A stretch of 64,000 nucleotides of DNA from the NCBI GenBank assembly GCA_963817235.1, contig CAWFNS010000002.1, forward strand, positions 277,703 to 341,702, in the 5' to 3' direction. The DNA is from an uncultured Actinomycetes bacterium. GTDB lineage: Bacteria > Actinomycetota > UBA4738 > HRBIN12. The translations under genes and the position numbers were made by a program. Below are positions 1-9,159 of the stretch, one piece after another. Each line of letters begins with the position of its first letter. Positions within the stretch are counted from its first letter, which is position 1. Under the pieces are notes generated by a model. That model did no database searches and was not told the origin of the DNA. It was given only the letters and a program-made list of their open reading frames with translations.

Positions 1-67
1 CGTCGGCGAACGTGTCGTCCCCGTCCGCCGTCTTCACGTCCGTTCGCATGATGTCGCCGACCAGCAT
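1..67 (-). CDS. 5' end of a CDS running off the window (N-terminus MLVGDIMRTDVKTADGDDTFAD, CBS-domain-like)
   Basis: Minus-strand ATG at 65-67 with GGAGG (revcomp of 74-78) 6 nt upstream. The frame is open to position 1. Only 22 codons are visible, so the family call is weak. Confidence 0.3.
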   Translation of the reverse strand, partial: MLVGDIMRTDVKTADGDDTFAD

Positions 68-220
68 CGCGGGCCTCCTCGGAACCGTGGGAGCCCAGCC
101 TACACGGGCGGCCTCTCCGGGCGTCTGCGTGCGATGATGCGCCGTCGTCCGTGCAGGACCCGGAGGAGGAGGACGTGATGGCCGTCGAACGCGCCCACGA
201 ACACCCCATCGTTCGATTCG

Positions 221-550
221 ATGGGGAACACCGTCACGAGCCTCGCGGCGCCGGCCCGCGGCGCGACGGACGCCGGCCTGTTCCGCACGGAGGTGCCTCC
301 GGGCGGCGGGCTCCCGAAGCATCGCCACGACCACATCGACGTCTTCGCGGTCGAGCGCGGGACCTGCACGTTCCACCTCGGCGACGAGGTGTACGAGCTG
401 GAGGCGGGCGACTCGGCGTTCGTGCCGACCGGGATCTGGCACCACCTCGACGCGGGCGCCGAGGGGGTCACCCTCACGGTGACGATGCTCGCCGGCACGC
501 AGATCGAGTTCGAGGACGGGCGGGCCCTCGTCCCGCCCTGGCTCAGCTGA
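221..550 (+). CDS. cupin domain protein
   Basis: ORF 221-550. GGGLPKHRHDH and GDSAFVPTGIWHHL fit the two conserved cupin motifs. Small single-domain size (109 aa). Confidence 0.75.
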   Translation: MGNTVTSLAAPARGATDAGLFRTEVPPGGGLPKHRHDHIDVFAVERGTCTFHLGDEVYELEAGDSAFVPTGIWHHLDAGAEGVTLTVTMLAGTQIEFEDGRALVPPWLS

Positions 551-551
551 C

Positions 552-1737
552 GTGCGCGCCTTCTACGTCTCGGACGTCACGCTGTTCGACGGCGCCCGCG
601 TGCGCCGGCGCCGTGGCGTGCTCGTGGAGGGCGACCGCATCGCGTGGGAGGGCCCGCACGTGCGGGCGCCGCGGGAGGCCGCCGCCGCGAGCGCCGTGGA
701 CGGGCACGGCCGGACGCTGACCCCGGGGTTGATCGACTGCCACGTCCACCTGTGCTTCGACGGCGCCGCCGACTTCGCCGGCGAGGCGGCCGCGCTCACG
801 CCGGCCCTCGGCGCGATCAAGGGGACCGTCAACGCCCGCAAGCATCTCGACCGCGGCGTGACGACGGTGCGGGACCTCGGCGGCGTCGGCATCATCGACC
901 TGGCGGGGGCGATCGAGGAGGGCCGCGTTCCCGGTGCCACGCGTCGTCGCCGCCGGTCGTGCGCTCACGATCACCGGCGGCCACGGGCACAACATCGGCA
1001 TCGGGCGGGAGGTCGACGGGGCCGACGCGGTGCGGACCGCGGTTCGGGAGGAGATCCGCGCGGGCGCTCGCGCGATCAAGGTGGTCGCCACCGGCGGCGT
1101 GCTCACGCCCGGGATCGGCGCGACGTTCACCGCGTTCACGCCCGAGGAGCTCGGCGCCGCCGTCGACGAGGCGCACTCGTGGGGGCGCGGCGTGGCGGCG
1201 CACGCGATCGGCGCGGAGGGGATCATGCAGGCGGTGCTGGCCGGCGTCGACTCGATCGAGCACGCGCATGCAGACCACGACCGCGATCGCGCGCGAGATG
1301 GCCGCGCGCGGCACGTTCCGCGGGCCGACGCTCAGCGCGATGATCGGCATCGTCGAGCACCAGAGCTCGGTGCCGGCGTACGCCGTGGAGAAGGCGCTCT
1401 CCCTGGTCGACGACGCGCGGGTGAGCCACACGCGGGCGCTGCGGGCCGGCGTGCGGCACGTGTGCTCCACCGACGCGGGCACGCCCTACAACCCGCACGG
1501 CAACGGCCCGAACGAGCTGATCGCCATGGTGGACTGGGGCATGTCGCCGCTGGCGGCGATGGTCGCCGGCACCGCGAACGGCGCCGAGCTCCTTCGCGTG
1601 CCGGACATCGGCCGCGTCGCGCCGGGGTTCGCGGCCGATCTGGTCCTGTACGACGCCGATCCGACCGAGGACATCGAGGCGCTCCGCTCGCCGACGATCG
1701 TGTGGAAGGCGGGGTCCGGGTCCGAGCCAGACGTTAG
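552..1737 (+). CDS. metal-dependent amidohydrolase (frame-disrupted as assembled)
   Basis: GTG 552 lies 1 nt after the cupin stop. Motifs: GLIDCHVHL metal-binding motif, KVVATGGV, AAHAIG, STDAGTPYNPHG, DLVLYDADP. Readable only as frame 2 to about 935, frame 0 to about 1265, then frame 1. The 3' end is uncertain (TAG 1735-1737 is in frame 0). Confidence 0.75.
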
Positions 1738-1743
1738 ATCTCG

Positions 1744-2205
1744 CTACGTCTCGCGGGTGCCGCGGGTCACGCGTTCGATCAGCTCGGCGCCGCGCGCGAT
1801 CGCGGCGAGTTCTTCGGGCGAGAGCGCGGCCAGGCCGGCCGTCAACGCCTGCACCCGCCGGCGACGTCCGGCGGTGAGGATCCGGCTGCCCTTCGGGGTG
1901 GCGCGTACGAGGACGCCGCGCGCGTCGGCGGGGTCCGGGCCGCGCCGCACGAGCCCGTCACGTTCGAGGCCGTCGACCAACCGCGTCATCGTCGGAGCGG
2001 ACACGCCCTCCGCCGCCGCGAGCGCGCCGATCCCGAGCGGACCGCCGAACACGACGACGGAGAGCGCCGACAGCCGGGGAGGGGAGACGCCGAGGGCGTC
2101 GTCCTCCGTTCGCAGGCGACGCAACAGGTGCAGGGCCGCGGCATGCAACCGATCCGCGACGGCCTCGACCTCTCGCGCTGGGGAAGTTCGCCTCGACGAC
2201 GGCAT
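1744..2205 (-). CDS. MarR family transcriptional regulator
   Basis: 153-aa ORF with a winged-HTH core: LSALSVVVFGGPLGIGALAAAEGVSAPTMTRLVDGLERDGLVRR...DARGVLVRATPKG. Confidence 0.85.
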   Translation of the reverse strand: MPSSRRTSPAREVEAVADRLHAAALHLLRRLRTEDDALGVSPPRLSALSVVVFGGPLGIGALAAAEGVSAPTMTRLVDGLERDGLVRRGPDPADARGVLVRATPKGSRILTAGRRRRVQALTAGLAALSPEELAAIARGAELIERVTRGTRET

Positions 2206-2230
2206 CGCTATCCGCTTGTGTCTGCCTGTC

Positions 2231-2259
2231 TTCTATTTGCTTAGCCTAAGCAAATAGAA
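2231..2259. promoter_or_regulatory. 29-bp AT-rich palindrome, candidate MarR operator
   Basis: TTCTATTTGCTTAG-c-CTAAGCAAATAGAA: perfect 14-bp arms around one central base. It lies 26 nt upstream of the MarR start (2205) in an otherwise GC-rich region. Confidence 0.5.
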
Positions 2260-2338
2260 TCCTAGAGGCGAGGCGGGCGCGATGGCAAGCACATGGGATG
2301 ATCTGGTCTGGGATCGACGCGGTTCGAGCGGCGCTCGC

Positions 2339-3022
2339 CTAGGGCGAGGTCGCGACCCGGGTCGCCAGGACGACGTCGTGGTGGCGCCGGCACGGCCGGG
2401 CCTCGAACGCGTCGAACCCGAGCGGGCGGAGCAGCGACACGTAGCCGTCGAAGTCGAGCGCTCGCACCCCCGCCGGCGCTCGCCGGTAGAGCGAGACCGC
2501 GAGCCGCCCGCCCGGCGCCAGGACGCGGGCGAGCTCGGCCGCGAGCGCGTCGGGCCGGCGGACCACCTCGAGCACGCCGAGGCACGTGATCGTGTCGACC
2601 GCGCCGTCGGGGACGGGCAGGCCGCCGTCGACGTCGGCCTCGAGGAAGCGCGTCGCGTGCGAGAGGCCAGCGTCGGCGGCGAGCTTCTCGGCCACCTCGA
2701 GCATCGGCCGCGAGCGATCGATCCCGACGGCCACGCCGTGGAACCCCTCCAACGCCGCCCACGAGAGCACGAGGTCGCCGGTGGCGCAGCCGACGTCGAG
2801 CGACGTCGCGTCCGGTCGCAGCCCGAGGTCGCCGGCGAGCACCCGCCAGCGGCCGGCGTCGGTCTCCCGCGCGAAGAGCCTCGGCCCGGCGCGGTCGTAC
2901 ACGGCTTCGACCAGCCGCCGGCCACCGAACCGGCCCTCGGTCAGGACGACGAACAGCGTCGCCCCAAGTGCGAGGAGGAGTGCGAGCAGGAGCAGCGCCG
3001 CCAGCCAGCCGAGCGGGCTCAC
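2339..3022 (-). CDS. class I SAM-dependent methyltransferase with N-terminal membrane helix
   Basis: GTG at 3022 overlaps the stop of the upstream gene (GTGA). LDVGCATGDL (SAM motif I), DTITCLGVLEVV, LAPGGRLAV. It is the C-terminal part of the long ORF 2339-4033; the rest of that ORF is a GC artefact. Confidence 0.75.
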   Translation of the reverse strand: MSPLGWLAALLLLALLLALGATLFVVLTEGRFGGRRLVEAVYDRAGPRLFARETDAGRWRVLAGDLGLRPDATSLDVGCATGDLVLSWAALEGFHGVAVGIDRSRPMLEVAEKLAADAGLSHATRFLEADVDGGLPVPDGAVDTITCLGVLEVVRRPDALAAELARVLAPGGRLAVSLYRRAPAGVRALDFDGYVSLLRPLGFDAFEARPCRRHHDVVLATRVATSP

Positions 3023-4107
3023 GCGGCCTCCGCTCCGAACCGGTACTCCTGCACCTCGGAGTCGCAGGGGTTCCCGCGCCCGAACCGGATCGCTCCGTCG
3101 GTCATGTCGGCCACGCACCAGAACGCGGTGACGGACGTGCGGCCCGGCGCCTCGTGCCGGCAGAGCGAGTCCGGCGCGCCCTCGTGATCCTGCAGGAAGG
3201 AATGGAGCAGCTCCATCGTGACCGAGCCGTCGGGCGCCCCGGCGAGCAGCTGCGCCGCCCGCGCGTAGCGCCGTTGCGACAGCACCGCGTACTCGGGATC
3301 GCCCTCGTAGCGGAGCATCGGGTCGCAGACGTAGTGGTTCGTGTGGACCAGGTGGCCGTGCGCGTCCGCCCCGACCACGGCCGCGTCGGTGGCCGATCCC
3401 TCGACGTTGGCGACCTCGCCGAGCGCGTCGACGAGCACGTTGTTGTACGACGACGCGCGATCGGGGTGCAGCGCGACGTCGAGCATGCCGCGCATCGTGC
3501 GCTCGCGCAGCATCGCGCGGACCTGGATCTCGCGCGGGATGCCGATGCGCTCGTCGTTCGGGCTCAGCTCGTTGCCGGTGAGGTTGAGGCCGGCGTCGTT
3601 CCAGCCGGTGCTGATCCAGATCCCGTTCCCGATCGTGAGGACCGTCGGGTCCTCGCCGCAGGTCCGCTCGATCGCGACGAGGTCGTGCTGGTAGCGGCGC
3701 GACATGTCGTTGTTGTGCGCCGTCAGGACGTGGCCGTCCGCGGTCGCCGGGGGCACGGCCACGAGGTCGCTGCACCGCCCGGCGATCGCCGCGCCCGGGC
3801 GGCCGGCCACGCGCGGCTCGTACCAGATCTCCTCGATGCAGCAGGCCCAGAGGGCGCGCGGATCGACGCCGGCGCCGTCCGCGCAGCCCTCGAGCTCCTC
3901 GAAGATCCACGGCATCGCGGCGCGCGTCGGCGCCGCGTACCGATCGGCCAGCGCGAGCTGTTCGGCGACGGTCCTGCCGGACGGGATCGTCCATGCGCCG
4001 CCGTCGACCTCGCGGGCGATCGTGTCGGCGCACGCCTCGCCGATCGCGCCGCCGACCTCACGGTACGTGCCGGCGGCGCGCAGCAGCGGGATCGGGTGCT
4101 CGGCCAT
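3019..4107 (-). CDS. C45 family peptidase / acyl-CoA:6-aminopenicillanic-acid acyltransferase-like protein
   Basis: ORF 3019-4164, with the likely start at MAEHPIPLL (4107). GRCSDLVAV (nucleophile Cys context), HNNDM, NGIWISTGWNDAGL, HTNHY are typical of Ntn-hydrolase C45 members. Confidence 0.7.
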   Translation of the reverse strand: MAEHPIPLLRAAGTYREVGGAIGEACADTIAREVDGGAWTIPSGRTVAEQLALADRYAAPTRAAMPWIFEELEGCADGAGVDPRALWACCIEEIWYEPRVAGRPGAAIAGRCSDLVAVPPATADGHVLTAHNNDMSRRYQHDLVAIERTCGEDPTVLTIGNGIWISTGWNDAGLNLTGNELSPNDERIGIPREIQVRAMLRERTMRGMLDVALHPDRASSYNNVLVDALGEVANVEGSATDAAVVGADAHGHLVHTNHYVCDPMLRYEGDPEYAVLSQRRYARAAQLLAGAPDGSVTMELLHSFLQDHEGAPDSLCRHEAPGRTSVTAFWCVADMTDGAIRFGRGNPCDSEVQEYRFGAEAA

Positions 4108-4121
4108 GGCCGCAGTATCCC

Positions 4122-5464
4122 TCAGGTCGCGAGCCGAGCCAGGAGCTCGGCGTAGCGCGGCCACGTACCGGTCGACGTCGGCCGCGTTCGGCCGGCACCG
4201 GCACGGTCGGCCCCGCGCCGGGCAGGGCCTCCCAGATCCCGCGGTTCGCCATCCAGATCCGGAGCAACGCGGTGAGCTCCGGATCGGTCATCGCGTACGC
4301 GTCGCCGCCGGTGCGCGGCTTCGGCCCGTACCACTGGCCCGCGCGCGGGCCGAACCGGTAGGTGGTCCACGGCAGACCCGTGCCGCGGCGATCGCGGCTT
4401 CGATGCCGTCGGCGAGGACGCCGCCGAGGGCGGCCGTGTGCGCGTAGGCCTCGGGGACGAGGACCTCCGTGAGCGCCGCCACCGCGGCGGCCGCCGACAG
4501 GGGGTTGCCGAACAGCGTCCCGCCGGTCGCGATGTTCTCGGCGACGTCCAGGTGCCCGGCCAGCGCCGAGCGTCACGCCGTAGGCGCCCATCGGCACCCC
4601 GCCGGCGACGGCCTTGCCGATCGTGAGGATGTCGGGCTCCAGGCCCCACCGCCCGGTCGCGCCGCCGGGCCCCACGATGTGCGTGTGCGTCTCGTCGAGC
4701 GCCAGGAGCGTGCCGTGCGTCGCCGTGCGCCGCGAAGCTGCTCGTGCCATCCGGGCTCGGGCTCGACGAAGTGGACGATGTTCGTCATCGCGGGCTCGGT
4801 GAGCACGAGCGCGACGTCGTCGCGGCGCAAGCGCCGACTCGAGCCCGTCCGGATCGTTGAACTCCGCGATCCGGACGGCGCCGGTCACCGGACGGCGAGC
4901 CCGCGCTGCACCGGCACTTGGCGCCCGTCCTCCACGTCGATCAGCCCTTCGTCGAAGTGGCCGTGGTAGTGGCCCGACGAACAGCAGCACGAGCTCGCGG
5001 CCGGTCGACGGCGCGCGCCAGGCGGATCGCCTCGGTGTTCGCCTGCGTCGCCGACAGCGTGAACTGCCAGTGGGTCTGGCGCGGGTAGCGACGCGCGAGC
5101 TCCTCGGCGACCCGATCGACTCCTCGGTCGGCAGCAGGAACTGCGTCGAGCGGGCCGCCCGTTCCTGGACGGCGCGGACGATCGGCGGCGGCGCGTGGCC
5201 GCAGAACGCCGACATGTCGCTCGCGTTGAAGTCGACGTACGTGGAGCCGTCGACGTCGGTGAACGACGCGCCCTCGCCCCGGTCGATGTAGATCGGCTGC
5301 TCGTTGTCGGAGGCCATCCACGCCATCGGCGTGCCGTTCGGCATGTGGGCCCGCGCGCGCTCGAGCAGGGCGAGCGACCGGGGATGCGCGTCGCGGAAGC
5401 GCGCGAGCTCCTCGTCGTGGAGGCGGCGGATCAGGCCGCGGTCGAGATCGCCGAGCGCGGGCAT
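4122..5464 (-). CDS. class III PLP aminotransferase (glutamate-1-semialdehyde aminomutase-like), heavily frame-disrupted as assembled
   Basis: Pieces are spread over three minus frames: MPALG..FTDVDGSTYVDFNASDMSAFCGHAPPPIVRAVQE; ARRYPRQTHWQFTLSATQANTEAIRLARAV; DDVALVLTEPAMTNIVHFVEPEPGW; LDETHTHIVGPGG..LEPDILTIGKAVAGGVPMGAYG; LTALLRIWMANRGIW. At least about 9 frame hops. Confidence 0.65.
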
Positions 5465-5473
5465 GGCGGCAGG

Positions 5474-6046
5474 CTACGCGGGGCGGCGGCGTTCCATCAG
5501 CCAGCTGCGGACGCGCTCGCCGCCGCGCGTGTCCGTGTCGAGCACCTTCCGAACCTTCACGAAGCCCGCCTTCTCGTAGGCGCGCTGCGCGCGGACGTTC
5601 GTCTCCTCGGTGGTCAGCGACACCCACGACGCCCGGCGCTCGGTCTCGAGGTACGTGGACAGGAGCGCCACCGCACGGCTGCCCACGCCCGTCCCGATCT
5701 GGTCGGGCTCGCCGATCAGCACGTCGAGGCCGTACGTGTCCGCGTCGAAGTCGACGTCGAGCTCGCGCGCGGCGTCCGGCCACGAGCACCACCGGTAGAA
5801 CTGGAGGTAGCCGATCGGCCGGCCGTCGAGCTCGATGATGCACGGCGTGGTCGGCGAGGACGGGTGGGTCCGGCCGCCGTAGCGCGTCGCGACCTCGTCG
5901 TAGCCGGGCGGCTCCTCGTCGGGATCCCACCATTCGTGGACGTGCGGACGGGCGCGCCACCGCGTCACGGCGGAGATGTCCTCGGGCTCGTTGCGGAGGA
6001 GCCGGATCGTGAGATCGCCGTCCGCGGCGAGGATGCCGTCGGTCAT
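5474..6046 (-). CDS. GNAT family N-acetyltransferase (aminoglycoside 6'-N-acetyltransferase-like)
   Basis: ATG at 6046. GYLQFYRW, LIGEPDQIGTGVGSRAV (acetyl-CoA motif A), RAQRAYEKAGF. It is the C-terminal part of the artefactual 651-aa ORF 5474-7429. Confidence 0.8.
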   Translation of the reverse strand: MTDGILAADGDLTIRLLRNEPEDISAVTRWRARPHVHEWWDPDEEPPGYDEVATRYGGRTHPSSPTTPCIIELDGRPIGYLQFYRWCSWPDAARELDVDFDADTYGLDVLIGEPDQIGTGVGSRAVALLSTYLETERRASWVSLTTEETNVRAQRAYEKAGFVKVRKVLDTDTRGGERVRSWLMERRRPA

Positions 6047-6130
6047 CCGGGCATCCTGCCACTTCGAGGCCGCTCGGATGTCAGAGGCGAGGGCTAGCGT
6101 CCGAGCGACCCTTCCCCGAAGGAGCGGCAG

Positions 6131-7138
6131 ATGCAGAGCGACGCATGGCTGATGGTCGTGTTCGTGTTCGTGCTGGGCGCGCTCGGCGGCGCGGCGCTCG
6201 CCCGCCGCCGGCACGTGGCCGGTGCGGACGCCACCACGGCGCGCCTCGAACACCAGGTGCAGGTGCAGGCCGCGGAGCTCCGCCGGATCGCGGATCAGGG
6301 CGCGCAGCGCGAGCTCTCCTCGGAGCAGCTGCGGCAGGGCCTCGACGGCGCCCGGCGGGCGCTCGAGGAGCTGCGCACCCGGGACCAGGAGCGCCGCATG
6401 ACCGATCAGGAACAGCGCGACGTCGTTCGGCGGCTCGCCACGGTCCTGGCGGGCGGCGCCGGGAAGGGCCGGGCCGGCGAGCACCTGCTGCGCCAGCACC
6501 TCGCCGAGCTGCCGCCCGACATGCTGGCCACGGACGTCCGCGTGAACGGCAAGGTGGTCGAGTTCGGGCTGGTGCTGCCCGACGGGCGTCGCCTGCCGAT
6601 CGACTCGAAATGGACCGCGCTCGCCGAGGTCGAGGCGCTCGAGGCCGCCACCGACCCGGTCGAACGGGACGCGTGCGCGCGCGCCGTCGAGCGCGCGACG
6701 GCCATCCGCGTGAAGGAGGTGGCGCAGTACCTCGACCCCGCGATCACGGCGCCGATCGCCGTGGCGGCGGTGCCCGACGCCGTGTACGCGTCGCTGAAGC
6801 GCGTGCACGCCGACGCGTTCGGCAAGGGTGTCGTGATCGTGCCCTACTCCAGCGCGCTGCCGATCGTGCTGTTCCTCTACGCGCTGGTCCGCCGCTACGG
6901 CGACGCCGCCGGTGTGCAGGCCAGCCTGAGCGAGGTCACCGCGGTGCTCGACGTCCTCGAGTCGGTCGTCGAGAACCGGTTCCAGAAGGCCGCCGTGATG
7001 CTGACGAACGGCGCCGACGAGTTCCGCTCCCAGCTGGGGAAGGCGCGCGGGTCGATCTCGCGTGCCCAGGTGCAGCGCGCCCGATCCCTCGTCCGAGCCG
7101 CGGAACCGTCGGAGCCGAACCTCTCGGTCGTGGGCTGA
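6131..7138 (+). CDS. rmuC: DNA recombination protein RmuC homolog
   Basis: 335-aa ORF with GAAGGAG upstream. It has an N-terminal membrane helix, a coiled-coil region, then GEHLLRQHLAELP...VEFGLVLPDGRRLPIDSKW...VPDAVY, typical of RmuC. Confidence 0.75.
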   Translation: MQSDAWLMVVFVFVLGALGGAALARRRHVAGADATTARLEHQVQVQAAELRRIADQGAQRELSSEQLRQGLDGARRALEELRTRDQERRMTDQEQRDVVRRLATVLAGGAGKGRAGEHLLRQHLAELPPDMLATDVRVNGKVVEFGLVLPDGRRLPIDSKWTALAEVEALEAATDPVERDACARAVERATAIRVKEVAQYLDPAITAPIAVAAVPDAVYASLKRVHADAFGKGVVIVPYSSALPIVLFLYALVRRYGDAAGVQASLSEVTAVLDVLESVVENRFQKAAVMLTNGADEFRSQLGKARGSISRAQVQRARSLVRAAEPSEPNLSVVG

Positions 7139-7150
7139 GCGCCGGCGGCG

Positions 7151-7156
7151 CATACT
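7151..7156 (+). promoter_or_regulatory. candidate -10 hexamer (CATACT) of a leaderless transcript
   Basis: TANNNT-type hexamer 6 nt upstream of ATG 7163, with no Shine-Dalgarno in between. Confidence 0.35.
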
Positions 7157-7162
7157 GGGCGG

Positions 7163-8039
7163 ATGCGTCTGCGAGCCTCGCTCCGCGCCGGCCTCGCCGC
7201 GGTCGCGGTGATCGCCGCGATGGCGGCGCCGGTCGTGCGGCACCGCCGCCGCGTCCACGTCCGCCGGCTCGCGCCCACGCGGCCACGGCCGCGCTGCCTC
7301 GCCGGGTTCCGTGCCCCGGATGCTGGCATCCGCCGCTCCAGCGTCTCGTGGCAGTGGCAGCTCCAGAACCCGCCGCCGGTCTCGCGCGCTGCTCGACGTG
7401 CAGATGTACGACATCGACGCGTTCGACACGCCGCGGTCGCTCGTGCGGACGATGCACGCCCGCGGGATGCACGTCGTGTGCTACATCAGCGCCGGCACCT
7501 GGGAGAACTGGCGTCCCGACGCGAAGCGGTTCCCCGCGGTCGTGAAGGGCAAGCCGGACGGCGGGTGGCCGGGGGAGCGCTGGCTCGACATCCGGCGCCT
7601 GGACATCCTGCGGCCGCTGATGCGCGGCGCGGATCCAGCGATGCGCGCGCAAGGGGTTCGACGGCGTGGAGTTCGACAACGTCGACGCGTACACGAACGA
7701 CGGGACGGGGTTCGACCTGACCGCCCGCCGACCAGCTCCGGTACAACGTGTTCCTCGCCGAGCCAGGCTCACCGACCGGGGCTTGGCCGCGTTCTTGAAG
7801 AACGACCTGGATCAGATCCCGACGCCTGCTGCCGTACTTCGACGCGGCGCTGAACGAGCAGTGCTTCCAGTACGCACGAGTGCGGGAAGCTCCGGCGGTT
7901 CGTGGAGGCCGGCAAGCCGGTGTTCGGCGTCGAGTACTCGCTGCCGATCTCGTCGTTCTGCCCGCGGGCGAACGCCCGGAACTTCAACTTCCTGAAGAAG
8001 CACCTGGCGCTCGGTCCCTGGCGCCTCGCCTGCCGCTGA
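7163..8039 (+). CDS. endo-alpha-1,4-polygalactosaminidase-like glycoside hydrolase (GH114), frame-disrupted as assembled
   Basis: Signal-like N-terminus, then SWQWQL, MYDIDAFD, VVCYISAGTWENWRPD, GERWLDIR, GFDGVEFDNVDAY, LKNDLDQI, VFGVEYS. Seven successive +1 frame hops (f1,f2,f0,f1,f2,f0,f1,f2). Stop is TGA 8037-8039. Confidence 0.65.
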
Positions 8040-8085
8040 GCGCCGCCTCGCGCAGTCTTCTGCGATGTGACGTTTCTACCCATCA

Positions 8086-8103
8086 TCTGCATAATCATGC
8101 GTC
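8086..8103. promoter_or_regulatory. ARG box (ArgR operator) overlapping the argC -10 and start
   Basis: TCTGCATAATCATGCGTC contains the TGCAT-N4-ATGCA-type palindromic core of actinobacterial ArgR sites (9/10 core matches). It includes CATAAT (8090-8095) 8 nt before ATG 8104. It sits in a locally AT-rich gap directly upstream of an operon that encodes ArgR. Confidence 0.55.
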
Positions 8104-9159
8104 ATGCGGACGATCCGAACGGCGGTGCTCGGCGCCTCGGGTTCTCCGGCGGCGAGCTGGTGCGCCTGCTCGACGCGCATCCGCCTTCGAGGTGACTTAC
8201 CTGGGCGCCGGCTCGCTCGGCGGGGTCGGCGCTGGGACGTGCACCCGCATCTGGCCGGGCTCGGTCCGGCGGAGCTGCTGGCGATCGAGCCGGAGGCGAT
8301 CGCGGCCGAGGCCGAGCTGGTGTTCTGCGCGCTGCCGAACGGCGGCGGCGCGCCGCTGGTCGCGCCGTCGTTGCTGGAGGCCGGCTGCACCGTCATCGAC
8401 CTGTCGGGCGATCACCGGCTGGCGGCGGAGGACTACCCGGTCTGGTACGGCTTCGAGCATCCGTCGCCGGCCTGGCTGGGCAAGGCCGTCTACGGGCTGC
8501 CGGAGCTGTTCGGCGATCGGCTGCTGGGCGCGAAGCTCGTGGCGAGCCCCGGGCTGCTTCGCGACGCCGGCGATCCTGGGCTGCGCGCCGCTGCTGGACG
8601 CGGGGCTCGTCGAGGCCGAGCGCGATCCGTGGTCGACGGCAAGACCGGCATCTCGGGCGCCGGCCGCGGGGTCACCGAGGCGACGTCGTTCGCCGCGACG
8701 GACGGCTCGATCCGCCCGTACCGCGTGCCGAGGCACCAGCACACGCCGGAGATCGAGCGCGGGCTCGAGCTCGCGAGCGGCGCCGATGCCGCGCGTGCTG
8801 TTCGCGCCGCACCTGGTCCCGGCCGTCCGCGGCGTGGTCACGACGTGCTACCTGCGCCTGCGCAGGACGGCGCGAGCACGACGAGGCGCTCACCGAGGCG
8901 CTGCGCGCCGCGTACGCGAGGACGCGCGTTCGTCCGGGTCCTCGCGCCCGGCGGCATGGTCGACGCGAAGCGCACGCGCGGCACGAACGCTGATCGAGCT
9001 GCAGGCCGTCGCGGATCTCCGGTCGGGCACGGCGGTCGTGATCGTCGGGCGATCGACAACCTGATCAAGGGCGCCGCCGGGCAGGCGATCCAGAACGCGA
9101 ACCTCGTCCACGGGCTGGACGAGGCGACCGCGCTCCCGACGACGGCGGTGTACCCGTGA
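8104..9159 (+). CDS. argC: N-acetyl-gamma-glutamyl-phosphate reductase, frame-disrupted as assembled
   Basis: MRTIRTAVLGASG, FEVTYLGAGSL (other frame), AELVFCALPNG, VIDLSGDHRL, VASPGC-FATPAILGCAPLL (other frame), DGKTGISGAG, RPYRVPRHQHTPEIE, IDNLIKGAAGQAIQNANL. It starts and ends in the same frame but needs roughly 12 +1 hops. Confidence 0.85.
   Translation: MRTIRTAVLGASGSPAASWCACSTRIRLRGDLPGRRLARRGRRWDVHPHLAGLGPAELLAIEPEAIAAEAELVFCALPNGGGAPLVAPSLLEAGCTVIDLSGDHRLAAEDYPVWYGFEHPSPAWLGKAVYGLPELFGDRLLGAKLVASPGLLRDAGDPGLRAAAGRGARRGRARSVVDGKTGISGAGRGVTEATSFAATDGSIRPYRVPRHQHTPEIERGLELASGADAARAVRAAPGPGRPRRGHDVLPAPAQDGASTTRRSPRRCAPRTRGRAFVRVLAPGGMVDAKRTRGTNADRAAGRRGSPVGHGGRDRRAIDNLIKGAAGQAIQNANLVHGLDEATALPTTAVYP

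Noticed and set aside
2231-2259. Reading the 29-bp palindrome as an intrinsic terminator for the upstream methyltransferase operon.
   Set aside because: The stem would be AT-rich with a 1-nt loop and no trailing U-tract. Its position just upstream of a MarR gene fits an operator better. A dual role cannot be excluded.
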